44,530 nt of DNA, taken from positions 1 through 44,530 of the IMG/VR virus record IMGVR_UViG_3300005805_008859; one strand, written 5' to 3'. The notes beneath the pieces are model-generated. The model was not told where the DNA came from, did no database searches, and was given only the letters and a program-made list of their open reading frames with translations. This DNA is from a virus. Its lineage: Duplodnaviria; Caudoviricetes. Position 1 is the first letter of the stretch; each line of letters opens with the position of its first letter. This document shows positions 1-8,712 of the stretch, piece after piece. The translations under genes were made by a program, and so were the position numbers.

Positions 1-36
1 CGGTCATCTTAAATATGAACTTATAGTGGATTAAAA

Positions 37-1179
37 ATGAATAGAGCAAAAGTCATAATTCTTGGATGCGGCCAAATAGGAACGGCAGTTCACACTCTAA
101 TTTCTAGAAAAAACCGAACTCGTGCCACAGCAACGATTCTTGCCCACACACTTGCCGAAGGTCCATCTATCTTCAATGGTGTGGATGTAGAGGTATGGGA
201 TTCTCGTCTTACTCCCATCTCCTCAATGGCCATAAATTTTTCCACTGGTTCCACAAATAATATTGCAACAGCGCTGCGAGCTGCGGGGGCCACTCACGTA
301 ATAAATGCCCTGCCAAGTTCTCTGAATGAAAAAGTTGCCTTGGCTGCAGTTTGGGCGGGGTGCCACTACATTGATTTTACCGAAGATGACCTCATGGCTG
401 AGGCAGTACGACGGCTCTATGCTGGCACGCGTCTAACATGCGCTAGCCAGTGTGGACTAGCTCCCGGATTTATTAACTATGTGGGCCACCGCCTCGCTAG
501 CAAGATAGAGCATCCTGAAAAATTAATGATATGCACAGGCGCTCTACCCAAGAATGTCTCTTACTCCGACCACTGCAGCTCTTTGACTGCTGTAGACAAT
601 TATGCCCTATCCTACAGCGTAGATGGTTTGGTGACTAGGTATACACAACCCTGCAAGGTGAGGACTCGGGGAGTTGAGCAGAACGTTACTCCGCTACTAG
701 GCTTAGAGTACGTGCTCCTAAATGGAGTTAAATACGAGGCTGCATTTACATCTGGAGGAGTAGGCAGTCTAATCGCAGACCTTGCACACATTCCAACTGT
801 ATACTACAAAACACTTCGCTATCCTGGTCACTACGCGTATGTCCTAGATGCAGTAAATAGACATGACGGTGATCATGAATCAATCAAAAAAGAATTTTTA
901 GAAGTTTTTCCATTCTGCACAGATGATATTATAGTTGTATATGGTGAGTGCGTGGGAAAATCTTCTTCATCGCAGCTTAGAAGGGAAACCTTTGCGGCAA
1001 AATTCTCCGGTACTCAAGGATTGAGTGCGGTGCAATCCACAACGGCGGGTGCAGGAGTTGCGGTTCTAGAGCTCATGTTGAAAAACAGGCTGAGTGGCAC
1101 GGTCAGCCATGCAGATGTACCGCTCTCAGAATTTATGAACACTGAAACATACAGCCAAACCTATTTAATTTCACATTGA
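37..1179 (+). CDS. Saccharopine dehydrogenase / lysine 6-dehydrogenase / homospermidine synthase-like NAD(P)-dependent oxidoreductase
   Basis: Rossmann motif ILGCGQIG, VINALP, HYIDFTED, CGLAPG, LSYSVDGL, KTLRYPGH and C-terminal QSTTAG are typical of this family. Confidence 0.8.
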   Translation: MNRAKVIILGCGQIGTAVHTLISRKNRTRATATILAHTLAEGPSIFNGVDVEVWDSRLTPISSMAINFSTGSTNNIATALRAAGATHVINALPSSLNEKVALAAVWAGCHYIDFTEDDLMAEAVRRLYAGTRLTCASQCGLAPGFINYVGHRLASKIEHPEKLMICTGALPKNVSYSDHCSSLTAVDNYALSYSVDGLVTRYTQPCKVRTRGVEQNVTPLLGLEYVLLNGVKYEAAFTSGGVGSLIADLAHIPTVYYKTLRYPGHYAYVLDAVNRHDGDHESIKKEFLEVFPFCTDDIIVVYGECVGKSSSSQLRRETFAAKFSGTQGLSAVQSTTAGAGVAVLELMLKNRLSGTVSHADVPLSEFMNTETYSQTYLISH

Positions 1180-1193
1180 AAGGATACCAGACA

Positions 1194-1445
1194 ATGTCAT
1201 ACACGCTTTACACAAAACAGAACTGCGGTGCATGTGATGAGGCAAAGAATTTGCTAAATTCTAAAGGAATCCCGTACTATGAAGTATTGATTGACGTTGG
1301 TCAGGAAAGAGACCCAAATAAAAAATATGCAACCGTAGCAGAACTTCTGCAGCTGGTACCCAATGCAAGAACCGTTCCTCAAATTTTTAAGAATGGTGCG
1401 CACATTGGAGGCCTGGATGCCCTGAGATCAAGCGTGAATCCGTAA
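1194..1445 (+). CDS. Glutaredoxin
   Basis: YTKQNCGAC active site, RTVPQIF cis-Pro motif, HIGG; ATG at 1194 preferred over the TTG at 1176. Confidence 0.9.
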   Translation: MSYTLYTKQNCGACDEAKNLLNSKGIPYYEVLIDVGQERDPNKKYATVAELLQLVPNARTVPQIFKNGAHIGGLDALRSSVNP

Positions 1446-1482
1446 AATGGCGTTGAATGGTGGTTATCTTAGATGCGTGCTC

Positions 1483-1490
1483 TATAAATA
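1483..1490 (+). promoter_or_regulatory. T4-type late promoter
   Basis: Exact TATAAATA in an intergenic region upstream of ORF 1548. Confidence 0.6.
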
Positions 1491-1547
1491 CAAGAACAAT
1501 ATCAAATAAAAGTTCCTGTATAGGGATCCCAGGCATCTAGTACCACC

Positions 1548-1940
1548 ATGATAATGATTAATAATTTCGTAATTAATTTCTACGCCATTTCGATTTTAAT
1601 AGTTGTCATTCTATTTCTTTTTGCAGTGTGGAGAGAGCACCGTTCTAAGAGATTGGATTGGCTGGATATGCTCACTCGAGATGGCACAAAAGTGTCCACC
1701 ACTAAAATACTACAGCTAGTAGGTGGAGTAGTTGCCACTTGGATTATTATCCAAGTAACTCTACAGGATAAGTTAACTTGGGATCTATTCACTATCTACT
1801 TAACCTACGTTGCATCTATAGATGGATACTCTAAATTCATCATGGCAAAATATGGGGCTAGTGGATCAGATGATTCCAGTGTGCCTTTTAAGAGAAATCA
1901 AGAGGCTGGCACTGATCCAGTAGGGAGTGATAAGAAATAA
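1548..1940 (+). CDS. Small membrane protein, holin-like candidate
   Basis: 2-3 hydrophobic segments, charged C-terminal tail, late promoter upstream; the holin role is inference. Confidence 0.45.
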   Translation: MIMINNFVINFYAISILIVVILFLFAVWREHRSKRLDWLDMLTRDGTKVSTTKILQLVGGVVATWIIIQVTLQDKLTWDLFTIYLTYVASIDGYSKFIMAKYGASGSDDSSVPFKRNQEAGTDPVGSDKK

Positions 1941-1948
1941 TTCTTTTT

Positions 1949-1999
1949 ATATAATATAATTCATAATAATAGCTCATAATTCATAATCTATAATTCATA
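1949..1999. repeat. AT-rich ATAAT / ATAATTCATA repeat tract
   Basis: ATAATTCATA at 1956, 1976 and 1990 plus extra ATAAT units. Confidence 0.7.
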
Positions 2000-2014
2000 G
2001 TGTTGGTGTACCAT

Positions 2015-2836
2015 ATGCGTTCTATTCTGCCGTTCATATTCACCGCGCTCTTATCCTTGCATTTGAGCGCCGGTGCCATGTCTGCTAAAGCATACATAAT
2101 TCTAGATCAAGAAGGAAATGTTGTCCTAGAAAAAAATGCAGACTCAATTCGACCCATAGCCTCTATAACCAAACTGTTTGTTGTGCAGCAGGCGCTAGCT
2201 CTGGATCTAGATGAACCCATACTCGTAACAGCAGAGGATATTGCGCGAGGCCGAATGAGGTCAACTCCTCTAAGAGCAGGCATTGAATATCCAAGAAAAG
2301 AGTTAATTGAACTAGCTCTGGTTTCTTCAGATAATGTAGCGGCTCTCGCACTAGCTCGATCATCACCGCCATCTACACCCTACGCAGATTTAGTTGAAGG
2401 ATCCGGATTAGATCCTAGAAATAGATCATCTGCCAGAAATATAGCCGCTGCCTCACGAGAGCTCTACATGACGGAGATTGGCCCGTTTTCTGTTACTCAA
2501 AAAACGCACATTGGACATAGAAATTCCACAAATCCCCTACTTAACAAGCCGGGTTGGGAATTCTTACTCAGTAAGACCGGATTTATAAATTCCTCTGGTG
2601 GCTGCTTGACGGTGGTTCTTAAAATCAAAGAAACTATCATGACAGTTACCATACTAGGATCAAGTGGTACTCGTCAGCGCTGGCTAGATCTGGTGGAGCT
2701 GCGTACCATGCTAGGAGATGCTTTTTTCTACGTTCCATCTTTCACAGAGAAAAAGTCCTCTGTCAAATACAAGAAAAAAGTAAAAAAGTCTAGATCAAAC
2801 AGGCCAAATAAGCTCCCTGCACAGTATCGTGTGTAG
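2015..2836 (+). CDS. Peptidase S11 D-alanyl-D-alanine carboxy/endopeptidase (PBP7/PbpG-like)
   Basis: Signal peptide; SxxK (PIASITK), SxN (SSDN) and KTG (SKTGFI) motifs; Lys-rich C-terminal tail. Confidence 0.88.
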   Translation: MRSILPFIFTALLSLHLSAGAMSAKAYIILDQEGNVVLEKNADSIRPIASITKLFVVQQALALDLDEPILVTAEDIARGRMRSTPLRAGIEYPRKELIELALVSSDNVAALALARSSPPSTPYADLVEGSGLDPRNRSSARNIAAASRELYMTEIGPFSVTQKTHIGHRNSTNPLLNKPGWEFLLSKTGFINSSGGCLTVVLKIKETIMTVTILGSSGTRQRWLDLVELRTMLGDAFFYVPSFTEKKSSVKYKKKVKKSRSNRPNKLPAQYRV

Positions 2837-2861
2837 CGCGCGCTGAACAGCTCAATAAAGA

Positions 2862-2890
2862 TTTACATCTGCAGCAATCTGTGGTATAAT
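2862..2890 (+). promoter_or_regulatory. Sigma70-type early promoter
   Basis: TTTACA-N17-TATAAT with extended -10 (TGTGG). Confidence 0.8.
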
Positions 2891-2918
2891 TAACTATCCC
2901 ATCAAATTGGAGACTTTA

Positions 2919-3296
2919 ATGTCCAAGAAAACTGAATCATACACTCCTCTTCAACTTAGTGGAGATGATATTCTTGACGAACTTGCTATCGGTGCATCGC
3001 CAGTCATTGACATGTGCGATGAGAGCGAGAATCACTCAGTCCTAGTTATTGGGGTCCGCTTGAATGACGAAGATGAAGAAAATCCATCAGTCAATACTTT
3101 CATGGCTGCAAGTGGTTACTTGGAAATCCTAGCTGAAGGCCTCTATTCAGAACTAGCCGACCAGATGAGCAAGGGTGACACGGCTCTATTCTCAATTCTT
3201 AGAGACACCATCAGGTCTCTTGAAAATGAGCTAGGTATTCTTCCAGATGAAGAATTGGATCAAGATAATGATGATGTTCCATATATTCTTCACTAA
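2919..3296 (+). CDS. Acidic hypothetical protein
   Basis: GGAG RBS, Asp/Glu-rich, first gene after an early promoter. Confidence 0.7.
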   Translation: MSKKTESYTPLQLSGDDILDELAIGASPVIDMCDESENHSVLVIGVRLNDEDEENPSVNTFMAASGYLEILAEGLYSELADQMSKGDTALFSILRDTIRSLENELGILPDEELDQDNDDVPYILH

Positions 3297-3310
3297 ATCA
3301 GAGAATCTAA

Positions 3311-3811
3311 ATGGCCCAGCAATCAGCGTTAGATAAGCTCTACATGGACATAGCAATTCGCATCTCACACATGTCGTGCGCCACCAGAGCCAAGGTAGGC
3401 GCACTCATAGTCAAGGATGATAACATAATCTCAATGGGGTGGAATGGAACTCCAGCGGGTGATGATAATGCATGTGAATATGCTGACCATGCCACCGCAG
3501 CTCTCTCCATCTCAGATGAATTGCTAGAAACTGCCTATCCATTCACTGATGCCGCTGGGTCTAGATATCGCATGCTCACAAAACCAGAGGTGTTACACGC
3601 TGAGAGCAATGCCCTCATGAAGTTGGTTGCACGTGGTGGAGTAAGTTCAGAAGGATCAACACTGTATGTGACATTATCGCCGTGTCGTGAGTGCGCTAAG
3701 TTGATTAAACAGGCGAGGATAAGTAGAGTTGTCTACAGAGATAACTATCGTGATCTAGGTGGTTTAAAATTTCTTGAAGATCGTGGCGTGATTATTCATC
3801 AAGTTAATTAA
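3311..3811 (+). CDS. dCMP deaminase
   Basis: KVGA, GWNG, HAESNA and TLSPCRECAK zinc motifs. Confidence 0.93.
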   Translation: MAQQSALDKLYMDIAIRISHMSCATRAKVGALIVKDDNIISMGWNGTPAGDDNACEYADHATAALSISDELLETAYPFTDAAGSRYRMLTKPEVLHAESNALMKLVARGGVSSEGSTLYVTLSPCRECAKLIKQARISRVVYRDNYRDLGGLKFLEDRGVIIHQVN

Positions 3812-3824
3812 GGGAAACACAGCA

Positions 3825-4055
3825 ATGGATATTATTGACCCATTAGGCGCATCGGCTGCTCTTAGAAAGTCTTCAGTAACTCGTGAAATCTTTGATCCTG
3901 ACAACCCGGCACATCGAAATTCGCTAAAGCATTTTCTAAAGAAAGGTTCCTGGGCGGGACCTCAATTCTACGTTGAATACCCATGTTCAACTGTACCTGA
4001 GACAGTTTTGAGAAAAATGGCGCTCAAGGGCTTACAAATTCTAGATGAAAACTGA
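3825..4055 (+). CDS. Hypothetical protein
   Basis: ORF with RBS, overlaps the start of the next gene. Confidence 0.6.
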   Translation: MDIIDPLGASAALRKSSVTREIFDPDNPAHRNSLKHFLKKGSWAGPQFYVEYPCSTVPETVLRKMALKGLQILDEN

Positions 4056-4578
4056 GCTTAAAAATAGAACTCTCTGGTATGACGGCATCTCAGAAATAGA
4101 TGCGGCTGCGGCAGCTGAACTCATTCTGCTTGGAATGGGTCCACATGAGTTCATTGTTAATCAGCCAGATGAAGAGGTGGATCTCTTTAACTCACTGTCT
4201 GAGGTGAAAATACCTCAGACGCACTCTGGAAAAGTAGACTTACAGCACGATTGGATAGTGCCATTGAGGTATTTAGAACTAGATATAGAATCTTACTGCA
4301 CTGAGAAACTCTTGGAGTATGCGAACAAGAAGTGCATAAAGGATCTCACAAGATACCAGGAGCGGCTTAAGCTTGAAATAGAAGAAATCTCATCTAGAGA
4401 ACTAGAAAATATTGTGCGCTGCGTTATTTTTGCACTGGATCGCATGAAACAGACTGCTAGTATATGGGGAGTTGGGAGAGGTTCAAGCTGTGCCAGTTTG
4501 GTCTTCTTTCTTATCGGGCTGCACTGTGTTGATCCGGTGCTCTATGGAATCTCTCATCTAGAATTCTTCCACGACTAG
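4045..4578 (+). CDS. dnaE: DNA polymerase III alpha (DnaE)-like N-terminal palm fragment
   Basis: YQERLKLEIEEI, WGVGRGSSCASLVFFLIG, VDPVLYG match DnaE RL..E..I / GPGRGSGAGSLVAYAL / LDPL; ends before the catalytic DxD. Confidence 0.85.
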   Translation: MKTELKNRTLWYDGISEIDAAAAAELILLGMGPHEFIVNQPDEEVDLFNSLSEVKIPQTHSGKVDLQHDWIVPLRYLELDIESYCTEKLLEYANKKCIKDLTRYQERLKLEIEEISSRELENIVRCVIFALDRMKQTASIWGVGRGSSCASLVFFLIGLHCVDPVLYGISHLEFFHD

Positions 4579-4608
4579 ATTTTGATTCGGCATTTTGGCC
4601 GGCCTTAC

Positions 4609-4616
4609 TATAAATA
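4609..4616 (+). promoter_or_regulatory. T4-type late promoter
   Basis: Exact intergenic TATAAATA. Confidence 0.55.
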
Positions 4617-4670
4617 ATTTATCTGTTTTGTGCACTATATTTATCAGATAATTCACGGAGAAGAGGTGAT

Positions 4671-4961
4671 ATGAGCAAATTTGCCAGAAGCGCGCGGGGA
4701 GAATTAGTTGACTTTGATCTACTAGCTATCAAACAACAACTAGCCATGATGCCTGTCCCGGTTGGAGTAGATGAAAGGCGTCGATTCATAGACGAAAAGG
4801 ATGGTCTAAAGACCAAGCAGTCTCAAGATGCGTCTAGCTCTATAGAGCAGAGCGCTGATGTACTGCCCGCTGTTCCATCAGCACTCTCATTGTCACTTGC
4901 TGCTGCAGAAGAAAGTGCAGCCGCTCTTGATGATGAAGTGCCTGAAGATGAACAAGATTAA
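4671..4961 (+). CDS. Hypothetical protein
   Basis: GAGGTG RBS; RSARGELVDFDLL N-terminus; acidic tail. Confidence 0.7.
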   Translation: MSKFARSARGELVDFDLLAIKQQLAMMPVPVGVDERRRFIDEKDGLKTKQSQDASSSIEQSADVLPAVPSALSLSLAAAEESAAALDDEVPEDEQD

Positions 4962-4990
4962 AAATAAGTTGAAAATCATAGGAGAAAATT

Positions 4991-5314
4991 ATGGTGCTGC
5001 GTCCACTACAAAATTCATTTTTATTTTCATTTTTGAATGATACTGCTGCAGGAAGATTTATTGAGAAAAACAGTGGGTCAATTATCCTAACTAATCAGGA
5101 TTATGACAGCCAGGGTAAGTATGCCCGGTGGGCAAAAGTTTTGGCAGTAGGACCAAAGGTTACCGATTTTAGAACAGGAGATATCGTTCTAATTGAAGCC
5201 CTTCAATGGACTAAAGAAATTAGATTCCAAGGAAAATCTTTTTGGAAGTCAGATTCGTCAAAGGTTATAGCCATTACTCAGGACGAGAGCGCGGCCTACA
5301 CCTATCGTTATTGA
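4991..5314 (+). CDS. groES: Co-chaperonin GroES (Cpn10)-like protein
   Basis: LRPL N-terminus, SGSIIL mobile loop, KVLAVGP..GDIVL. Confidence 0.8.
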   Translation: MVLRPLQNSFLFSFLNDTAAGRFIEKNSGSIILTNQDYDSQGKYARWAKVLAVGPKVTDFRTGDIVLIEALQWTKEIRFQGKSFWKSDSSKVIAITQDESAAYTYRY

Positions 5315-5359
5315 TGCCGTATTTTGCATATCCGAGTGATATGATGAGGAAATTAAAGA

Positions 5360-6493
5360 ATGCTATTCATTGCTCTAGTATTACTAGCAGCCCTTTCTCT
5401 AGAAGGTATAGGAACATGGGTTAGTGTCATAGGACTCTCAGCGCTGTTTGCTGGAAGTCCTATTGTAATTGTCCTCGCGGTATGTTTAGATTTTGCAAAG
5501 TTGGTGGCTGTTTCATTCCTGTACAAGAACTGGAACGGCATCAATTTGCTAATGAAGAGTTACATGACAGTTGCTACATGCGTGCTCATACTCATAACAA
5601 GTGCCGGCGCATTCGGATTTCTCTCAGGAGAATTTCAAAAATCAATCTCAACCTCAAATGAACAGAAGGTCTTGATAACAGCTCTCACAGAAGAGCAGAC
5701 GCGGCTGCAGACCAGGAAGCTGGAGATTGATAAGCAGATCGCCCAGCTGCCAGAGAAAAATGTCAGGGGAAGAACAACGCTCATGCGCCAGTTCGGACCA
5801 GAGATTGATAGAATAAATTCTAGGTTGGTTGAAATAGATAAGCAGCTGCCGCAGTTAAAAATAGATTCTATTAAGAAGAACGTAAAGATTGGGCCAATTA
5901 CTTATGTTGCTGAGGTATTTGGAACAACACCAGAGGCAGCAATTAAATGGATTATTCTGGTCATTATATTTGTTTTTGACCCCTTAGCAGTTTCTCTACT
6001 GGTCGCTGCTAATTATTTGCTCACTCGCAGAGAGGCTGAGAAATCTGCCATTGAGAAAACACTCGAAGATTCTGTAGAAGAGCCGCCAGCACGGGTGATG
6101 AATGTAGAAGAGCCTCCTGCTGTTCAGATTGTCGTGCCTGAACCAGTGCCAGTGGTAGAAGCAGTGGTAGAAGAGGTCACGGTATCAGTGCCTGAACCAG
6201 AGCCTCCTCCTGTGACCCCTGCACCAGTCGTAAAATCCAGTGCCTCAGACCAAGTGGTGCCAGAGAAGAAGAGCAGAAGAAAATTACGAGAGAGTACTGC
6301 ATCAGTCAAATCTGCTGAGACCAAAAAAGATGCAGAACCCGTAGTGAAATCTATTCTAGAGAATGTTGATGATTCTAAGGGTGACGTAGAAATGTGGGCC
6401 ACAGATACCAAGAGAACTGATTCTAAAATCAATAATCTGTATAACTCTGATAGGGTGGGCGGTGGAGATCCCTCAGGCATACCAAAAAAGTAG
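5360..6493 (+). CDS. Multi-pass membrane protein with coiled coil and Pro/Val/Glu-rich tail
   Basis: Three N-terminal hydrophobic helices, heptad region, a fourth helix (IIFVFDPLAV), low-complexity tail. Confidence 0.75.
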   Translation: MLFIALVLLAALSLEGIGTWVSVIGLSALFAGSPIVIVLAVCLDFAKLVAVSFLYKNWNGINLLMKSYMTVATCVLILITSAGAFGFLSGEFQKSISTSNEQKVLITALTEEQTRLQTRKLEIDKQIAQLPEKNVRGRTTLMRQFGPEIDRINSRLVEIDKQLPQLKIDSIKKNVKIGPITYVAEVFGTTPEAAIKWIILVIIFVFDPLAVSLLVAANYLLTRREAEKSAIEKTLEDSVEEPPARVMNVEEPPAVQIVVPEPVPVVEAVVEEVTVSVPEPEPPPVTPAPVVKSSASDQVVPEKKSRRKLRESTASVKSAETKKDAEPVVKSILENVDDSKGDVEMWATDTKRTDSKINNLYNSDRVGGGDPSGIPKK

Positions 6494-6549
6494 TTTAACA
6501 AAGTCAGCACTTGGATTAAAATTTAATAGTTTAGATCTATGGAGAAACC

Positions 6550-7458
6550 ATGAAATCTTCCATTTGGGTAGAGCGCTATCGTCCAAAACGGCTCAGTGAC
6601 GTTATTTTTCAAGATGAGCGGCAGCAGCGACAGTTTCGCACTTTTATTGAAAATGGTGATATCCCGAATCTTCTTCTAAGTGGAATTCAAGGAACAGGTA
6701 AGACTACTATATCTAGAGCTCTGGTAGGTGAGTTGGGTATTGACCCTTCAGATGTGCTGCGAATTAACTGTTCTGATGAAAAGATTGATGCTCTTAGAAA
6801 TCGAGTCAGTGCCTTTGCCATGACCTTTCCTCTTGGAAAATTTAAGATTGTACAACTTGAGGAATGTGACCATCTTTCGTTAGATGGACAGGCTCTTTTA
6901 CGAGCTCTCATAGAGGACTCATCATCTAATTGTAGATACATCGCCACTTGTAACTATGAAAACAAGATCATACCTCCTCTGAAGTCAAGGTTCCAGCAAT
7001 TCATTTTCAAGGCACCAGATAAGAATGCCATTACGCTACGCCTAGCAGACATTCTTGACTTGGAGCGTGTGGCATACGATCCAGAAGATCTTGTTACCTA
7101 TGTGGATGTGGGATATCCGGACATTAGAAAAACTATCCAGCTACTGCAAGGAAACACGCAGGGCGGAAAACTTCTTGCACCAGGATCTGGAAAAGAAGCC
7201 GGTGACTGGAAATTTGGGCTCCTAGATGCAATCACTAGTGGAAACTTTAAGGTAGCTAGAAAATTGGTTTGCGAGTGTGCATCTCGTGAAGAGCATGAGG
7301 ATGTTTACAGGTTTCTATATGAGAACATAGATAAGTTAAAGGTGAACGATAAAGAGCAGGCCATAGTTACCATAGCGGACTATTTGAAATCTCACGCACT
7401 GGTTGCTGACACTGAGATTAACCTGGCAGCCTGCATGATTACTCTTTCACGGTGCTAA
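6550..7458 (+). CDS. Clamp loader ATPase subunit (RFC small / T4 gp44-like)
   Basis: WVERYRP, Walker A GIQGTGKT, Walker B-like LEECD, LKSRF sensor. Confidence 0.92.
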   Translation: MKSSIWVERYRPKRLSDVIFQDERQQRQFRTFIENGDIPNLLLSGIQGTGKTTISRALVGELGIDPSDVLRINCSDEKIDALRNRVSAFAMTFPLGKFKIVQLEECDHLSLDGQALLRALIEDSSSNCRYIATCNYENKIIPPLKSRFQQFIFKAPDKNAITLRLADILDLERVAYDPEDLVTYVDVGYPDIRKTIQLLQGNTQGGKLLAPGSGKEAGDWKFGLLDAITSGNFKVARKLVCECASREEHEDVYRFLYENIDKLKVNDKEQAIVTIADYLKSHALVADTEINLAACMITLSRC

Positions 7459-7473
7459 CACTCTAAATACAAA

Positions 7474-7935
7474 ATGGCAGCTTACAAATTAGATATTTTT
7501 GATCTGTTAAATCGGCTTAATTCCGCTAAGAGCGCTGATATCTACGCAGAGCTCTCAGAAGAGGAACGCAAAGGATTCGCTCCTCTGGTGGCAATGAGGT
7601 GGATGACTGGAACCAGCGATGAACGTCAGATCATGCTCATGAATGAATTCGTCAATCCTTACATTTTTTCACTTGGTAAACATCCTCACCTACTCATGCA
7701 GTGTTTACAGGCTTCTTCATCTAAGGTTAACAGACGCTATGCCTGGTACGCCGTGAAGACTTCTAAGAAGAGCCCACTCACCACTAGAGTTATTCAGGAA
7801 TATTTTGGCATCTCTTCAAGAGAAGCGGAAACTTACCTGATTCCACCAGCAGATGAGCTGCTTCAAATGGCAGAAGAACTTGGGTGGGAAAAGGATGTGA
7901 TCAAAAAGCTTGAGAAAGAGTTAAACTCTAAATAA
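7474..7935 (+). CDS. Putative clamp loader small subunit (T4 gp62-like)
   Basis: Directly after the gp44-like gene; size and VIQEYFGISSREAETY motif. Confidence 0.65.
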   Translation: MAAYKLDIFDLLNRLNSAKSADIYAELSEEERKGFAPLVAMRWMTGTSDERQIMLMNEFVNPYIFSLGKHPHLLMQCLQASSSKVNRRYAWYAVKTSKKSPLTTRVIQEYFGISSREAETYLIPPADELLQMAEELGWEKDVIKKLEKELNSK

Positions 7936-7938
7936 ATT

Positions 7939-8712
7939 ATGTCAGCGCAGAAAAAAGACAACGTCATCTTACTCTCACCAGAGCAGATTGCCGCGCGAAG
8001 AATCCCTATAGAAGAAGCAGTTGTTACTACTACTAATAAGAGCAGCAACTGGTACTGTAGCCACTGCACACGGCACTTTGGATCTGAAACTACCTTCATG
8101 AAACATCACTGTGAACCGCGTCGGCGCAAGGAGATGCTTGCATCTCCACTAGGTCAGGCTGCATATGGATACTATAGAGAATGGTTGCGGCAGAAAAAGT
8201 TTAGTATCCCATCTGCTGAAGCTTTCATGGATTCGCGTTACTACAGATCATTCATAAATTTTGCTCAATTAATAATTGATGCCAGTATTTCTAATCCGGA
8301 AAAATACATAGCTCTTATGATAGAGGCTGAGGTGCTGCCTGTTCTCTGGTGTCGAGACAACGCCTATGCCATATACTTGGAATGGAGAGACAAAAAATCT
8401 GACCCATTAGATGAGGTTCACAGTAGCATTAATTTTCTGCTAGATATCTGTGAAAAAGAAGAGACACAGCTGAGCTCCATTTTTGAATACTTAGGAGCGC
8501 AGCGCATTCTCTCGTATCTCAGGCAGAGACGCATTTCTCCATGGCTAATATTCTGCTGCCCATCATTTGGTAAATTCATGAGAAGCCTGGATTCCTCAGA
8601 ACTGGGTGCATTCAATTCAGCTGTCAATTCTTCATACTGGTCTGAAAAATTTCAGTCTAACAAACAAACTGTAGCGATAATAAAGGAAATAGTAGGTACG
8701 GTGCAACTATGA
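7939..8712 (+). CDS. Zinc-finger hypothetical protein
   Basis: YCSHCTRHF...MKHHC; stop codon overlaps the start of the DnaE C-terminal fragment (ATGA). Confidence 0.7.
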   Translation: MSAQKKDNVILLSPEQIAARRIPIEEAVVTTTNKSSNWYCSHCTRHFGSETTFMKHHCEPRRRKEMLASPLGQAAYGYYREWLRQKKFSIPSAEAFMDSRYYRSFINFAQLIIDASISNPEKYIALMIEAEVLPVLWCRDNAYAIYLEWRDKKSDPLDEVHSSINFLLDICEKEETQLSSIFEYLGAQRILSYLRQRRISPWLIFCCPSFGKFMRSLDSSELGAFNSAVNSSYWSEKFQSNKQTVAIIKEIVGTVQL

